Shown piece after piece: positions 21,161 through 29,656 of a stretch of DNA of 64,000 nt (its first letter is position 1; each line of letters starts with the position of its first letter). Below the pieces are notes generated by a model, which saw only the letters and a program-made list of their open reading frames with translations, ran no database searches and was not told where the DNA came from. Position numbers and translations under genes: made by a program. Source of the stretch: a virus; IMG/VR virus record IMGVR_UViG_3300045996_001561, positions 1 to 64,000 of that record. The stretch is one strand, 5' to 3'.

Positions 21161-23048
21161 TCGCCTCGGTGGTGTCAAGGATAGCGGATTCGCGGGTGTG
21201 GCGATAGTCTGCGGGGATCGACACCGTCCCATTCGCATCCACCGTGCCACGCAGGCGCTTCGGTTCCGGAAGGCGACCGCTAATGCGCGCCATCGCGTAC
21301 GCCACCCCGAGGGCGATGTTGGGGTTCTCCATCGATTGCAGGAATCGCGCGAAATCGGCATCCGATATCCGGTTAACACCATCATCGCCCTGGATGTCAT
21401 CTTCATCCTCGGTATCGCCATCGATGACCCCACCCTTCCCCTGGGGATCGTCGGTGGTGTCCTCGGGTGGCGGGTCGTTGCCCACCGCACCGATCGAGGT
21501 TTCCTCGGGTGCCGGGTGCCCCCAGGTGTAGATGGCCCCCTCGTCGTGGGTGATGTAGCCCAGAAGCTCCGAGGCTTCGGCATTCTCGATCTTCTGAAAG
21601 AGCGTCTGGGCGTCCCGCAATTCCTCGGCCGCGCGAAGCTCCTTGAAGCGGAATCGGGCCACGGCGGCGATCCCCTGCGCTTCCAGACCCAAGGTCAGCA
21701 CGCTACTGAGCGCTTCCTCGGCCAGCCCCTGAATGGCCTTGATCCCCTGGACGTGAACCTCCCACTGCCGGTTGGCGTTGGCCTCGCTGACCCCTTCGGG
21801 CATGCCGAAGAGGAGCGGCATGCTTTTCAGTGCCCGGATCGCCATCCGTTCCAGCACACTGACCAGGGCGTCAACCCCATCCAGACTGCCGATGGCTCCC
21901 ACCGGCGTGCCGAAGGTGATGGTGCTGCTATGCACCCAGGCTTGGTCGGGTGCGAGGTCGCTGTAGCTGGCGGCAACTTGATTGACCGCCTCATCGACCA
22001 TCGCTTTGACCTTGGCCGGGTCTTGCTGATCCTCGATCGGCATGGCGGCAATGAGTTGTTCGATGTCGATCATGATGTCGAGGCGCGGCCAGCCCTGCTG
22101 GGCCACCACACGCCGGGCATCAAGGAGCATGGTGATCAGAAAGAGGGCCGGGAACAGCCCCGGTGCGACCGGCGACGTCCCGTAGGGGGTATCGGGAAGG
22201 GGGTCGATGGGGATGTATTTGATCGTCGGTCGGTCGAGGACGACCTCGTCCCGCCCCGTTCCCTGCACTAACTGGTATTTCTGCCCCCCGATATCGGGGT
22301 CATCGACCAGCTTGAAGCGGGCACTGTAGGCATCGGGGATGACCAGATCGGCAAAGGTGCGGGCATCGCGGGCCAGCACAAGCTCTAAAAAGAGCGCCCC
22401 CCGGATGTAGCCGTTGGTCAGGAGGCGGTTCCAGACCACATCGACGGCTCCGTGGCGGCGGGAAAGCTGCAGCATGCAGGCATCGAGGTACTCCTGCCCG
22501 GCCGGGTTGGGGGTCTCGGTTCCCGGGGTGAGGGCTTTCAGTTCCCAGCCGGGGTTGGCCATCCGCAGATAGTCGTAATAGGCGCGACTCATCTCGGGGG
22601 AGATGCGCACCATGCGCGCGATCAGGTCGGCAGGCGACATGCGGCGCAGTTCGTCGGCGCTGAGGTTCTCCAGCCGCCACTCACCCGCCTCCGGTGGGTT
22701 GACCTGCTGTCCGACGCGCGGGGCGCCGATCATCTTGGTCAGGCGACCGCCCTGCAGCGGCTTGGTGCTGATGGGTTCCAGCAGAATGTTGACCGCACGG
22801 GAGGCAACCATAGGCCGGGGTCGTTCTGGGGGAGGGGAGATGGCCCGGTCGTGCGACTCGATGCGGCCTTTGACCTGCGCGATGCGGCGGCGCATGGTCT
22901 GCCGGTGCAGCCCATAGTGGCGCTGGATCCAGCTATAGGTCTTGCCCTCGCGCAGGAATTGCTCGATTTCGGCGTAATGCGCCTCAATCTGGGCGCTCGT
23001 CATCTTGTCGAGGTTCTTGATATCCCCGGTCGCGGTGGGTTCTGACAC
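21057..23048 (-). CDS. Portal protein
   Basis: Directly after TerL; PYGTSPVAP, GWPRLDI and LLFGMPEGVSEANANRQW portal-like motifs; acidic C-terminal tail. Confidence 0.8.
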   Translation of the reverse strand: MSEPTATGDIKNLDKMTSAQIEAHYAEIEQFLREGKTYSWIQRHYGLHRQTMRRRIAQVKGRIESHDRAISPPPERPRPMVASRAVNILLEPISTKPLQGGRLTKMIGAPRVGQQVNPPEAGEWRLENLSADELRRMSPADLIARMVRISPEMSRAYYDYLRMANPGWELKALTPGTETPNPAGQEYLDACMLQLSRRHGAVDVVWNRLLTNGYIRGALFLELVLARDARTFADLVIPDAYSARFKLVDDPDIGGQKYQLVQGTGRDEVVLDRPTIKYIPIDPLPDTPYGTSPVAPGLFPALFLITMLLDARRVVAQQGWPRLDIMIDIEQLIAAMPIEDQQDPAKVKAMVDEAVNQVAASYSDLAPDQAWVHSSTITFGTPVGAIGSLDGVDALVSVLERMAIRALKSMPLLFGMPEGVSEANANRQWEVHVQGIKAIQGLAEEALSSVLTLGLEAQGIAAVARFRFKELRAAEELRDAQTLFQKIENAEASELLGYITHDEGAIYTWGHPAPEETSIGAVGNDPPPEDTTDDPQGKGGVIDGDTEDEDDIQGDDGVNRISDADFARFLQSMENPNIALGVAYAMARISGRLPEPKRLRGTVDANGTVSIPADYRHTRESAILDTTEANGRGDDGAVLRTMGSDDGPDLQPAMPEVSHQGGV

Positions 23049-23063
23049 CTGTTCTCTCCCCGA

Positions 23064-24581
23064 CTAGAGCCGCCCCCACTTGGCCGTAGCATACCCGGTC
23101 GAAATAACCCCAATCGGCTTGACCTCGTCGGGAGGCGGGTCGTAGAAGGCCAGGGCAATGGAATCCCCGAAGTCCGACGACCGGCCCGTGCGCTTGCGAA
23201 AGTCGTCTTTTGGCTCCACCACCGGCTGCGTGTGGCGACCGTCGATGCGCCCCTGCAGCGCGCTCAGGTCGGCTTCGACCTCGGGCACGATGGTGCCAAA
23301 GATATCGCCGTTGCGGAACCGATCGGCCAGCAACCCGTAGGATTCGGAGCGTTGGTTGATGTATTTCTCCTTGTCGTGGGGCACTTTACTGAAGTTGACC
23401 CCCACCACCCGCAGGTTCATGCCGCGTTCCTTGACGACGTGGCGCATCACATCGTAGACCCCGACCCCCAATCCGATGATATCGACCTTGATGCGGGTCG
23501 TCTCGGGCTGGTGTTTGCTGATCAGATCGAGGGTTGCCCCAACGGTTTGCCACGATTCATTGCCCGGAACGGGCCAGGATCCGACCACTTGCGCCCCCGC
23601 ACGCAGGGTCAGGGCGCTGCGATCGTTGCCATCCCGGGCCACATCCAGCCCCGCTTCCTGGGGAAACCCGGCATACATGCCGTCATCGAAGCCCCGATTC
23701 TTGGCCGCTTCGATCATGGCCACCGAGATCATCACCCCTTCGGCACTCACCCAGCGGGCATAGACCCGGGACTGGACGTAGGGTGACTCGATGCCGTACT
23801 TGCGGATGGTGTTGTTGACCCACTGCTCGGTGATCAGTCCCTTCCACCGCGTCTGCCCGGGCATGAGGAAGTTGGGGGTATCCTCCCAGGCATAGACCAT
23901 CGTGTGATAGAGGTCGCGGGCACTGTGGTGGCTGTCATAGAAGGGGCCACTCGTCGATGTCGGGTTGCCGATCATGAGCATGCGCGAATTCTCGGTCGTC
24001 ATCGCGGCCTGCAGACCGTCGATGAGCATCGTCGGCACCCCGGCCCCCTCGTCGATGATGACCAGAATGTTCTCGGCATGGAACCCCTGGGTCGGATCCG
24101 TCTCCTGATCGGACGGCTTGAACCCCATCGCGTACCAATCCTCGGCAATATCGTAGCGCGTGGTGAGGGGTTTGGCCCCCAGCAGCGGCACCTTGGCCCT
24201 GCGGTGGATCGCGCGGATGTTGCGCCACAGCACATGCTCGACCTGTCGTCCGGTGGGTGCGGTACTGAGGACGATGGAGTTTTCAAAGCAATGGAGGAAG
24301 GTGATGCCAATCGCGGCGGTAATGAAGGTTTTGCCGATCCCGTGGCAGGAGGCCACGGAGGTGTATTGATGCTCCCAGACGGCCCGGGTGATATCCTCCT
24401 GCCCCCACCACGGGTCGATCCCCAGCACTTCGCGCTGGAACTGCACCGGATCCTTCGGGTAGTCCCGGTTGACGGCGATCTGACTGGCCGTGGCCGACCG
24501 GATGGCCATGACCATGCGATCCCCGACGCTCATGGGGGGAGCAATCTCCGGGGAGCGCAGATCCTTGATGGTGGTTTTCAC
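23064..24581 (-). CDS. terL: Terminase large subunit
   Basis: Walker A SCHGIGKT, Walker B ILVIIDEG, coupling motif IGNP, RNase-H-like nuclease GLDVARDGNDRS and SSDFGDSIAL. Confidence 0.93.
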   Translation of the reverse strand: MKTTIKDLRSPEIAPPMSVGDRMVMAIRSATASQIAVNRDYPKDPVQFQREVLGIDPWWGQEDITRAVWEHQYTSVASCHGIGKTFITAAIGITFLHCFENSIVLSTAPTGRQVEHVLWRNIRAIHRRAKVPLLGAKPLTTRYDIAEDWYAMGFKPSDQETDPTQGFHAENILVIIDEGAGVPTMLIDGLQAAMTTENSRMLMIGNPTSTSGPFYDSHHSARDLYHTMVYAWEDTPNFLMPGQTRWKGLITEQWVNNTIRKYGIESPYVQSRVYARWVSAEGVMISVAMIEAAKNRGFDDGMYAGFPQEAGLDVARDGNDRSALTLRAGAQVVGSWPVPGNESWQTVGATLDLISKHQPETTRIKVDIIGLGVGVYDVMRHVVKERGMNLRVVGVNFSKVPHDKEKYINQRSESYGLLADRFRNGDIFGTIVPEVEADLSALQGRIDGRHTQPVVEPKDDFRKRTGRSSDFGDSIALAFYDPPPDEVKPIGVISTGYATAKWGRL

Positions 24582-25291
24582 GACGAGAGCGCCCCGGCAT
24601 GCATGCTTGGTCGCTTCCGCAGGGCGGCGATGGCTCCATCCTCGATGGTTTGCAGCGCCCGCTTATCGGTGACATTGGCCGCGACGATCTGCATGACCTC
24701 GGTGACGAACCCGACCGCCTGATCGGCACTGACCAGGGCGTTCATATCCATGAGCCGCTTCTGCTCCTGGGCAATGAGCCGTCCCTGCATGTGCATGGCC
24801 TTATACAGATCGTCCCAGACGCGATAGTCCTGATCGGCATCACTCAACAACCGCCCCAGGTCGTCGATCGCCTCGGCATAGCCCACCTTATCCTGTTGCG
24901 CCTGGGCACGCTTGAGGGAGCGGAAGGTGTCCTTGACATCCTTCCACCGCGTCTGGGCCTCACCAGTCGTCAATCGTTGGATCAGTTGCTTGATGCGGGT
25001 CTGGACAAGAGCGATCTCGTCCCGAAGTTGCAGCAGTTCCGGATCCGCGCGGGCCGTCTCAAAGGCGTCGATCAGGTCGTAGGGCAGCCCTTCGGAGTAG
25101 CCCTTGCCCTTGAAGTTGGGATGGGCAATCCCCTTCAGGGCTTTCCCTCCGTGCAGGCGACAGCGGCCGTTGCTCATGGCCGGTTGGTCGCACGGATCGC
25201 CGGTGCGTTTCTCCTTCGCGCCGCACTTGGGGACACGGTCAAAATTGTTGACGACCGCTTTTTCTCGGGCATGGGGGATGGTGTCGGACAT
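24578..25291 (-). CDS. terS: Terminase small subunit-like protein (HGGxSTG-type domain)
   Basis: CGAK...PC..PAMSNGRCRLHGG motif; immediately upstream of TerL. Confidence 0.72.
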   Translation of the reverse strand: MSDTIPHAREKAVVNNFDRVPKCGAKEKRTGDPCDQPAMSNGRCRLHGGKALKGIAHPNFKGKGYSEGLPYDLIDAFETARADPELLQLRDEIALVQTRIKQLIQRLTTGEAQTRWKDVKDTFRSLKRAQAQQDKVGYAEAIDDLGRLLSDADQDYRVWDDLYKAMHMQGRLIAQEQKRLMDMNALVSADQAVGFVTEVMQIVAANVTDKRALQTIEDGAIAALRKRPSMHAGALSS

Positions 25292-25296
25292 GTCCC

Positions 25297-26628
25297 TTAG
25301 CGCGGCCTTTCCGCCGTCTCTCCCGTGTACTGCTCCCAGCGGTCGACGACCACATCACAGTACCCCGGGCTAATCTCGATCCCGTAGCAGGTCAACCCTT
25401 CCTGCTCGGCCGCAATGAGCGTACTTCCGCTGCCCAGGAAGGGGTCATAGACGATATCGCCGGGTCGCCCGGAGAGGCTAAACGCATGCGCCATGAGGGC
25501 CACGGGCTTCATGGTCGGATGCTCCGGGGATTTCACGGGGCGGTCGAACTCCCAGAGCGTATCGTGGGTGCGATCGCCGTAGAACCAGTGGGCCTTCCCC
25601 GGTGACCACCCGTAAAAAATCGGTTCCCACCGCCAGTGATAGTCGACGCCCAGGGGCGCAAAGGTGGCATTATTCTTGACCCAGGCGAGGGTTTGGCGCA
25701 GCACCCCGACTTCGGTGAGCGCCAATGAAAAGCGCCACAGGTTATTTCCTGACGGCCCGCAGACGTACCAGGGGGAGCCTTCCTCGGTCATCTCCAGGGC
25801 CACCCGAAAACTGTTCCGCAGCAGATCGGTGAGTGCCTCACCGTCGTCCTTCTCGTCACCGTCCAGATCGACGGTCACCCGGTTGCTGGAACCGCGCTGC
25901 AGCGAGTCCAGATACCGATTCTTCGCGGCCACATCCACCCCGTAGGGCGGATCCGTGAACACCAACCGCGCGTTCTCCAGTCCCTCGGTGCCCATGAAGA
26001 GCTTGTGGGCGACCTCGATATCCTCGGCATCGCCACAGATGATCCGGTGCCGCCCCAGCAGGATCAGATCCCCGGGCTGGGTGATCGCCGCGTCGTCGGC
26101 CTTCGGCGGCGGTGCTTCATCCTCGGCCTCGCCGTAGGGATTCTCGTAGGGGCCATCGCCGGTCAGATCGAACTCCGGGTACAGCACATCGGCCCTGACG
26201 CCCAGATCGACCAACTCGTCGGGGAACCAGTACTCGGCCACCGCCTGCACACCCTGGTCGGCATCAGCCTGGATGACTTCCTCGGCCCAGGCCAACCCCT
26301 CCTGCGCCGTCCGGTTATCGGCATAGGCCAACTCGCGGGCCTGCCCCAGCGGGTCGTCGAGATCGAGATCGGTACGTTTCACCGCGATGATGGTATCGCC
26401 GGTCGTCTCCACAATGGTGACCGGCAGCCCCATCTCCATCGCCGCCTCGGCCGTTTTATTCCCGGCGATAATGCGCCCCTCGCCATCGAGCAGGATGGAG
26501 CGACCGGCCCCATTGCGCTGCAGCGACTTCTCCAGCAAGTCCCGACCGCGCTTCGTGCCCTTGTTCGCGTTGTGATCGTCCGGAGTAATCTCCGTCCAAT
26601 CGGCCTCAACCACCCGCCGCACCGCCAT
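25297..26628 (-). CDS. ParB-like N-terminal domain fused to amino (N4-C/N6-A) DNA methyltransferase, beta class
   Basis: N-terminal GRSILLD...IIAGN...YADNR; catalytic TDPPY; HPTMKP; SAM motif YDPFLGSGST. Confidence 0.88.
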   Translation of the reverse strand: MAVRRVVEADWTEITPDDHNANKGTKRGRDLLEKSLQRNGAGRSILLDGEGRIIAGNKTAEAAMEMGLPVTIVETTGDTIIAVKRTDLDLDDPLGQARELAYADNRTAQEGLAWAEEVIQADADQGVQAVAEYWFPDELVDLGVRADVLYPEFDLTGDGPYENPYGEAEDEAPPPKADDAAITQPGDLILLGRHRIICGDAEDIEVAHKLFMGTEGLENARLVFTDPPYGVDVAAKNRYLDSLQRGSSNRVTVDLDGDEKDDGEALTDLLRNSFRVALEMTEEGSPWYVCGPSGNNLWRFSLALTEVGVLRQTLAWVKNNATFAPLGVDYHWRWEPIFYGWSPGKAHWFYGDRTHDTLWEFDRPVKSPEHPTMKPVALMAHAFSLSGRPGDIVYDPFLGSGSTLIAAEQEGLTCYGIEISPGYCDVVVDRWEQYTGETAERPR

Positions 26629-26630
26629 CC

Positions 26631-26950
26631 TCAGAACCTCCGTCGCGTGATATACCCATCACTCCACTGCAGCACTTCCCAGGAGCGGCCATCAGGATCG
26701 TTCGTGATATAGCGATGCCAGATAACCGGACGCTCCCGCTTTGGAAGGATGCCCCACTTGGGGAATGCGGGAAGCGTCGGGTTTTGGGTGACCCTCATTC
26801 GTGGCACGGTGTCCACCCATCCGTCGTGACCCAATCAGGAACCGGGCCATTGCCCCGCACCTCATTGACCTCATCGGATCCCGGGATGGGCTTGCACACC
26901 CACCAATCCCACGCCTGCTCCGGTTCGGTCGTGCGGATCTCGTCGTCCAT
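26631..26950 (-). CDS. Two small Trp-rich hypothetical genes (26795-26950, 26631-26798)
   Basis: GAGGAGG SD before ATG 26950; ATGA overlap between the two genes. Confidence 0.5.
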
Positions 26951-27079
26951 CGTTCCTCCTCTGCCGCGCTCCGTAGTCTAACAGGTGTCAGAAATTTCCC
27001 GAAATTCAGGGAAAGTGGGGAATGCCGACCTACTCACCCCGCACGGAGCGATGCCGTCGTCCCTAAAAATGCCCATATT

Positions 27080-27673
27080 TCACCCCGAAGTGGGGCGATA
27101 GTCGATGGTTTTCGTTCCCTTGGAGCAGTTACAGGACAGGCACAGCGGTTGAATATTGCCGATATCATTCCTTCCCTTCCGGGCTAGCGGCACCACATGA
27201 TCCGGTGTCAGGGGCTTGCGCTCCCCACAGGCAAGGCACCGATACCCATACCGCGCCTGCAGTTCCTCCCATTCCCGGGCCGAGTAACTCCCCCCATTCT
27301 TCCGCAACCGCGCCCGACGCCGGGCCGATCGCATCTTGGAGTCCCGCCGCTCGTCCTCTTTCCGCTTCACCACGGCACAATCCCGGCACCACTTCGGTCG
27401 ACTCCCCTGCCGAATCACCCACGAAAATTCCGCCCCACACCGCCGACATGCCACCATTTTTTCCGGATCCCGCTTCGCCTTCCTCCGCTTCTTGAACCGC
27501 CGCGCCGCCTCTCGCCGTAACGCATATCCCCGCTCCGTAAACGCCCACGCCCCCGAGGACTCCCGATCCTTCTTCCTGGCACAGCCCACACAATAGATCG
27601 CCCGATAGTGCCGATCCGCTATATCCACCCCACAGACCAAGCACCGCCGCTCCCGTACCTGCTTCTTCGTCAT
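27080..27673 (-). CDS. HNH endonuclease with N-terminal CxxC zinc fingers (packaging-associated)
   Basis: CLACG...LTPDHVVPLARKGRNDIGNIQPLCLSCN; located upstream of the terminase genes. Confidence 0.88.
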   Translation of the reverse strand: MTKKQVRERRCLVCGVDIADRHYRAIYCVGCARKKDRESSGAWAFTERGYALRREAARRFKKRRKAKRDPEKMVACRRCGAEFSWVIRQGSRPKWCRDCAVVKRKEDERRDSKMRSARRRARLRKNGGSYSAREWEELQARYGYRCLACGERKPLTPDHVVPLARKGRNDIGNIQPLCLSCNCSKGTKTIDYRPTSG

Positions 27674-27879
27674 CCTCTGTTCTCCGCGTAGGGGTCGGAA
27701 GGTGTCAAGGGGGTCATCAGCATTGTCCCGAAATGTGGGCCGGATTCATACGAAGGCTCCGCTGTAGGACACGTGTTCTACCCCCGCCGCGAAACACCCG
27801 TCTGGCCTACCGCGCGGCGCTACCCGGCGCTACCCCCCTACCGCGCGGCAAAGCTACGGGTAGGGGGGTAGGGGGTACC

Positions 27880-28131
27880 CTAGGACTGGCACATGCGTTC
27901 TAGTACCGCTACCCGCCTAGCCGCCGCGCGTACGTCGTCCGCTAGGTAGCTAGGTACCGCTACCCTATCCGCGCGGTAGTACCCGACTTCTAGCCGTAGG
28001 TCAGCTAGGGCGCTATAGGCATCGGCTAGCCGATCTTCTAGGCCGCGTAGCCGCGTACCGCGCGGTACCCAAGCGGTACCTTCATATTGGGCTACCGTAC
28101 TACCGCTAGCCGCTACCATATAGCTATCCAC
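27880..28131 (-). CDS. Early hypothetical protein, 83 aa
   Basis: AGGAGG SD, own promoter (28179-28207) and ACGGAA hairpin (28152-28171); codons skewed to CTA/GTA/AGG. Confidence 0.65.
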   Translation of the reverse strand: MDSYMVAASGSTVAQYEGTAWVPRGTRLRGLEDRLADAYSALADLRLEVGYYRADRVAVPSYLADDVRAAARRVAVLERMCQS

Positions 28132-28178
28132 TGGTTTCCTCCTACCGCTACGGCTAGCTTCCGTACTAGCCTATAGCT

Positions 28179-28207
28179 ACTATACCATACCCGTAGGCGA
28201 TTGTCAA
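28179..28207 (-). promoter_or_regulatory. Early promoter
   Basis: TTGACA-ATCGCCTACGGGTATGG-TATAGT. Confidence 0.8.
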
Positions 28208-28211
28208 TAGG

Positions 28212-28382
28212 CTAGTACGCTACCCTATAGGCGCTACCCGCGCCTAGTGGCCAGTACCCCGTATAGGTACCCCAAGCGCTACGGTACTGTACCCGTACCC
28301 CGGCTACCCGCCTAGCCGCTAGCCGCCGTACCCGCGCGCCGCGCGATAGGTACCCCGTACCCCGGCCGCCTAGCCTAGTCAT
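28212..28382 (-). CDS. 56-aa Arg/Gly/Tyr-rich protein (not in ORF track)
   Basis: MTRLGGRGTGYLSRGARVRRLAARRVAGVRVQYRSAWGTYTGYWPLGAGSAYRVAY; promoter 28428-28456 and AGGGGG SD-like site upstream. Confidence 0.5.
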   Translation of the reverse strand: MTRLGGRGTGYLSRGARVRRLAARRVAGVRVQYRSAWGTYTGYWPLGAGSAYRVAY

Positions 28383-28427
28383 ACCCTACCCCCTACCGCT
28401 ACCGTACCTACCTACCTAACTACCGCT

Positions 28428-28456
28428 ACTATAGCATACCCGTACGCCATTGTCAA
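28428..28456 (-). promoter_or_regulatory. Early promoter
   Basis: TTGACA-ATGGCGTACGGGTATGC-TATAGT. Confidence 0.8.
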
Positions 28457-28546
28457 CTACCTACGCGCGGGGTAGCTACGGTACTAGGCTATAGCGGCGC
28501 GCGGGTAGGTATACGGCTAGTACGGTACTACGGCTATACCTACCCC

Positions 28547-28678
28547 TTGACATACCCGTACGGCTATGGTAGTATAGCGGTACTAGGGTAGTACGGGGTA
28601 GCGGGTACCCCGGCCTAGCGGGTAGGAAAGGGGGTAGCCTATAGGGGGGTTGACAATCACGGTACGCTATGGTAGGGT
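28547..28678 (+). promoter_or_regulatory. Tandem early promoters (28547-28575, 28650-28678)
   Basis: TTGACA-N17(TATGG)-TAGTAT and TTGACA-N17(TATGG)-TAGGGT. Confidence 0.75.
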
Positions 28679-28742
28679 ATACCTAGAGCGGGGTACGGGT
28701 AGCGCGGTACGGAACGCGCGGTACCCCGTACGGAGGAAACCA

Positions 28743-29078
28743 ATGCACGGCGTGACAACTGAAGAGCGGTGTTCCTGCGGCGAGTACTCACTCGCTGGGG
28801 GTGGGACGATCTGCGCCTCGGAAGCTCGGGCAATCGAGGAGGAGGCGGTTCGGAGCCACTATGAGGTCGCCTATGACGAGGTCATGCCATTCCTCGTCGA
28901 GATGTACCGAGGCGTGGTGGAAGAGGATCGCTCGGCCAACACCTTGATGGCGGTCGTTAGAGCAGCCCAGCTTGCGCTCATGAACCCCGACATCACGGTC
29001 GATTGGGTCAAGGAGCAGTACGAGGACGTTGAGTTCGGAAATCGCGCGCAAAAGGCGCTCGATCCTCGGGTGGTCTAG
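28743..29078 (+). CDS. Early hypothetical protein
   Basis: GGAGG SD before ATG 28743; the ORF-track start is the TTG of the -35 box. Confidence 0.7.
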   Translation: MHGVTTEERCSCGEYSLAGGGTICASEARAIEEEAVRSHYEVAYDEVMPFLVEMYRGVVEEDRSANTLMAVVRAAQLALMNPDITVDWVKEQYEDVEFGNRAQKALDPRVV

Positions 29079-29105
29079 ACAAGCGCCCACAATTCAGGCT
29101 CGGTA

Positions 29106-29171
29106 GGGGTACCCTCGGTACCCCGCTGGGTCGTGAGAAACGTACAGGGGTACCCTCCTTCGGGTACCCCC
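29106..29171. terminator. Twin GGGGTACC hairpins between convergent genes
   Basis: GGGGTACC-CTC-GGTACCCC and GGGGTACCC-TCCTTC-GGGTACCCC. Confidence 0.55.
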
Positions 29172-29190
29172 AGGAATCCGAACGTTCGTG

Positions 29191-29454
29191 CTACGGCACG
29201 ATCTCCCACGCCGCGTCCTCGGGGTCGTAGGAAAACGCCTCGCCGTTGGCGCAGATGGCCGTGGCTGACCCATCCTCAAAGACTCGGAGGACTTCGCAAT
29301 CCGGGGTTAAAAGACTCTGAACGTAGCGTTCGTGCGCGTTCAGAAATCGCGCCATCGCGTAGTCCGGCTCGGGCGGAACGTGGGCCGACGCGCTCCCCGT
29401 ACCCAAAACCGCCGCAATCCCGAATGCCGCTACCGCGTACCGTACCTTCCGCAT
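29191..29454 (-). CDS. Secreted hypothetical protein (Sec signal)
   Basis: MRKVRYAVAAFGIAAVLGTGSASA signal peptide; own promoter 29494-29522. Confidence 0.65.
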   Translation of the reverse strand: MRKVRYAVAAFGIAAVLGTGSASAHVPPEPDYAMARFLNAHERYVQSLLTPDCEVLRVFEDGSATAICANGEAFSYDPEDAAWEIVP

Positions 29455-29493
29455 CGCCTACCCCTTTCGTACGTACCTTTTTCAACTAGGGGT

Positions 29494-29588
29494 ACTATAG
29501 CATACCCGGCCTAGTTTGTCAAGGGGTACCTATAGGGAGAATAGCCTACCCCCTACCCCTTGACAAACTGGTAGGGGTATGGTACTAT
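29494..29588. promoter_or_regulatory. Divergent promoter pair (29494-29522 minus; 29560-29588 plus)
   Basis: Both TTGACA-N17-TATAGT/TACTAT with TATG(G/C) extended -10. Confidence 0.8.
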
Positions 29589-29656
29589 AGCCGTAGTTGA
29601 AAAAGGGTAGCGGGTAGCGGTAGCGGTACCGTACGCGCTACCCGGAGGGTACGAAG

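Larger units (their letters stand above)
27783..28740. other. Compositionally extreme TpA-rich segment
   Basis: Dominated by CTAC/GTAG/GTAC/CTAG/TATA; GA/TC, CA/TG and AA/TT are largely confined to promoter boxes, SDs and obligatory codons. Confidence 0.85.

Noticed and set aside
206-26712. Numerous long plus-strand ORFs opposite the structural genes, and minus-strand ORFs opposite 43787-47091
   Set aside because: Antisense shadows typical of high-GC coding DNA; no SDs or motifs, and they fully overlap well-supported genes.
27783-28740. CRISPR array, simple satellite or assembly artefact as explanation of the repetitive-looking segment
   Set aside because: No fixed-length repeat-spacer periodicity. 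The segment contains correctly spaced promoters, SDs, leader hairpins and open frames matching those elsewhere in the genome.
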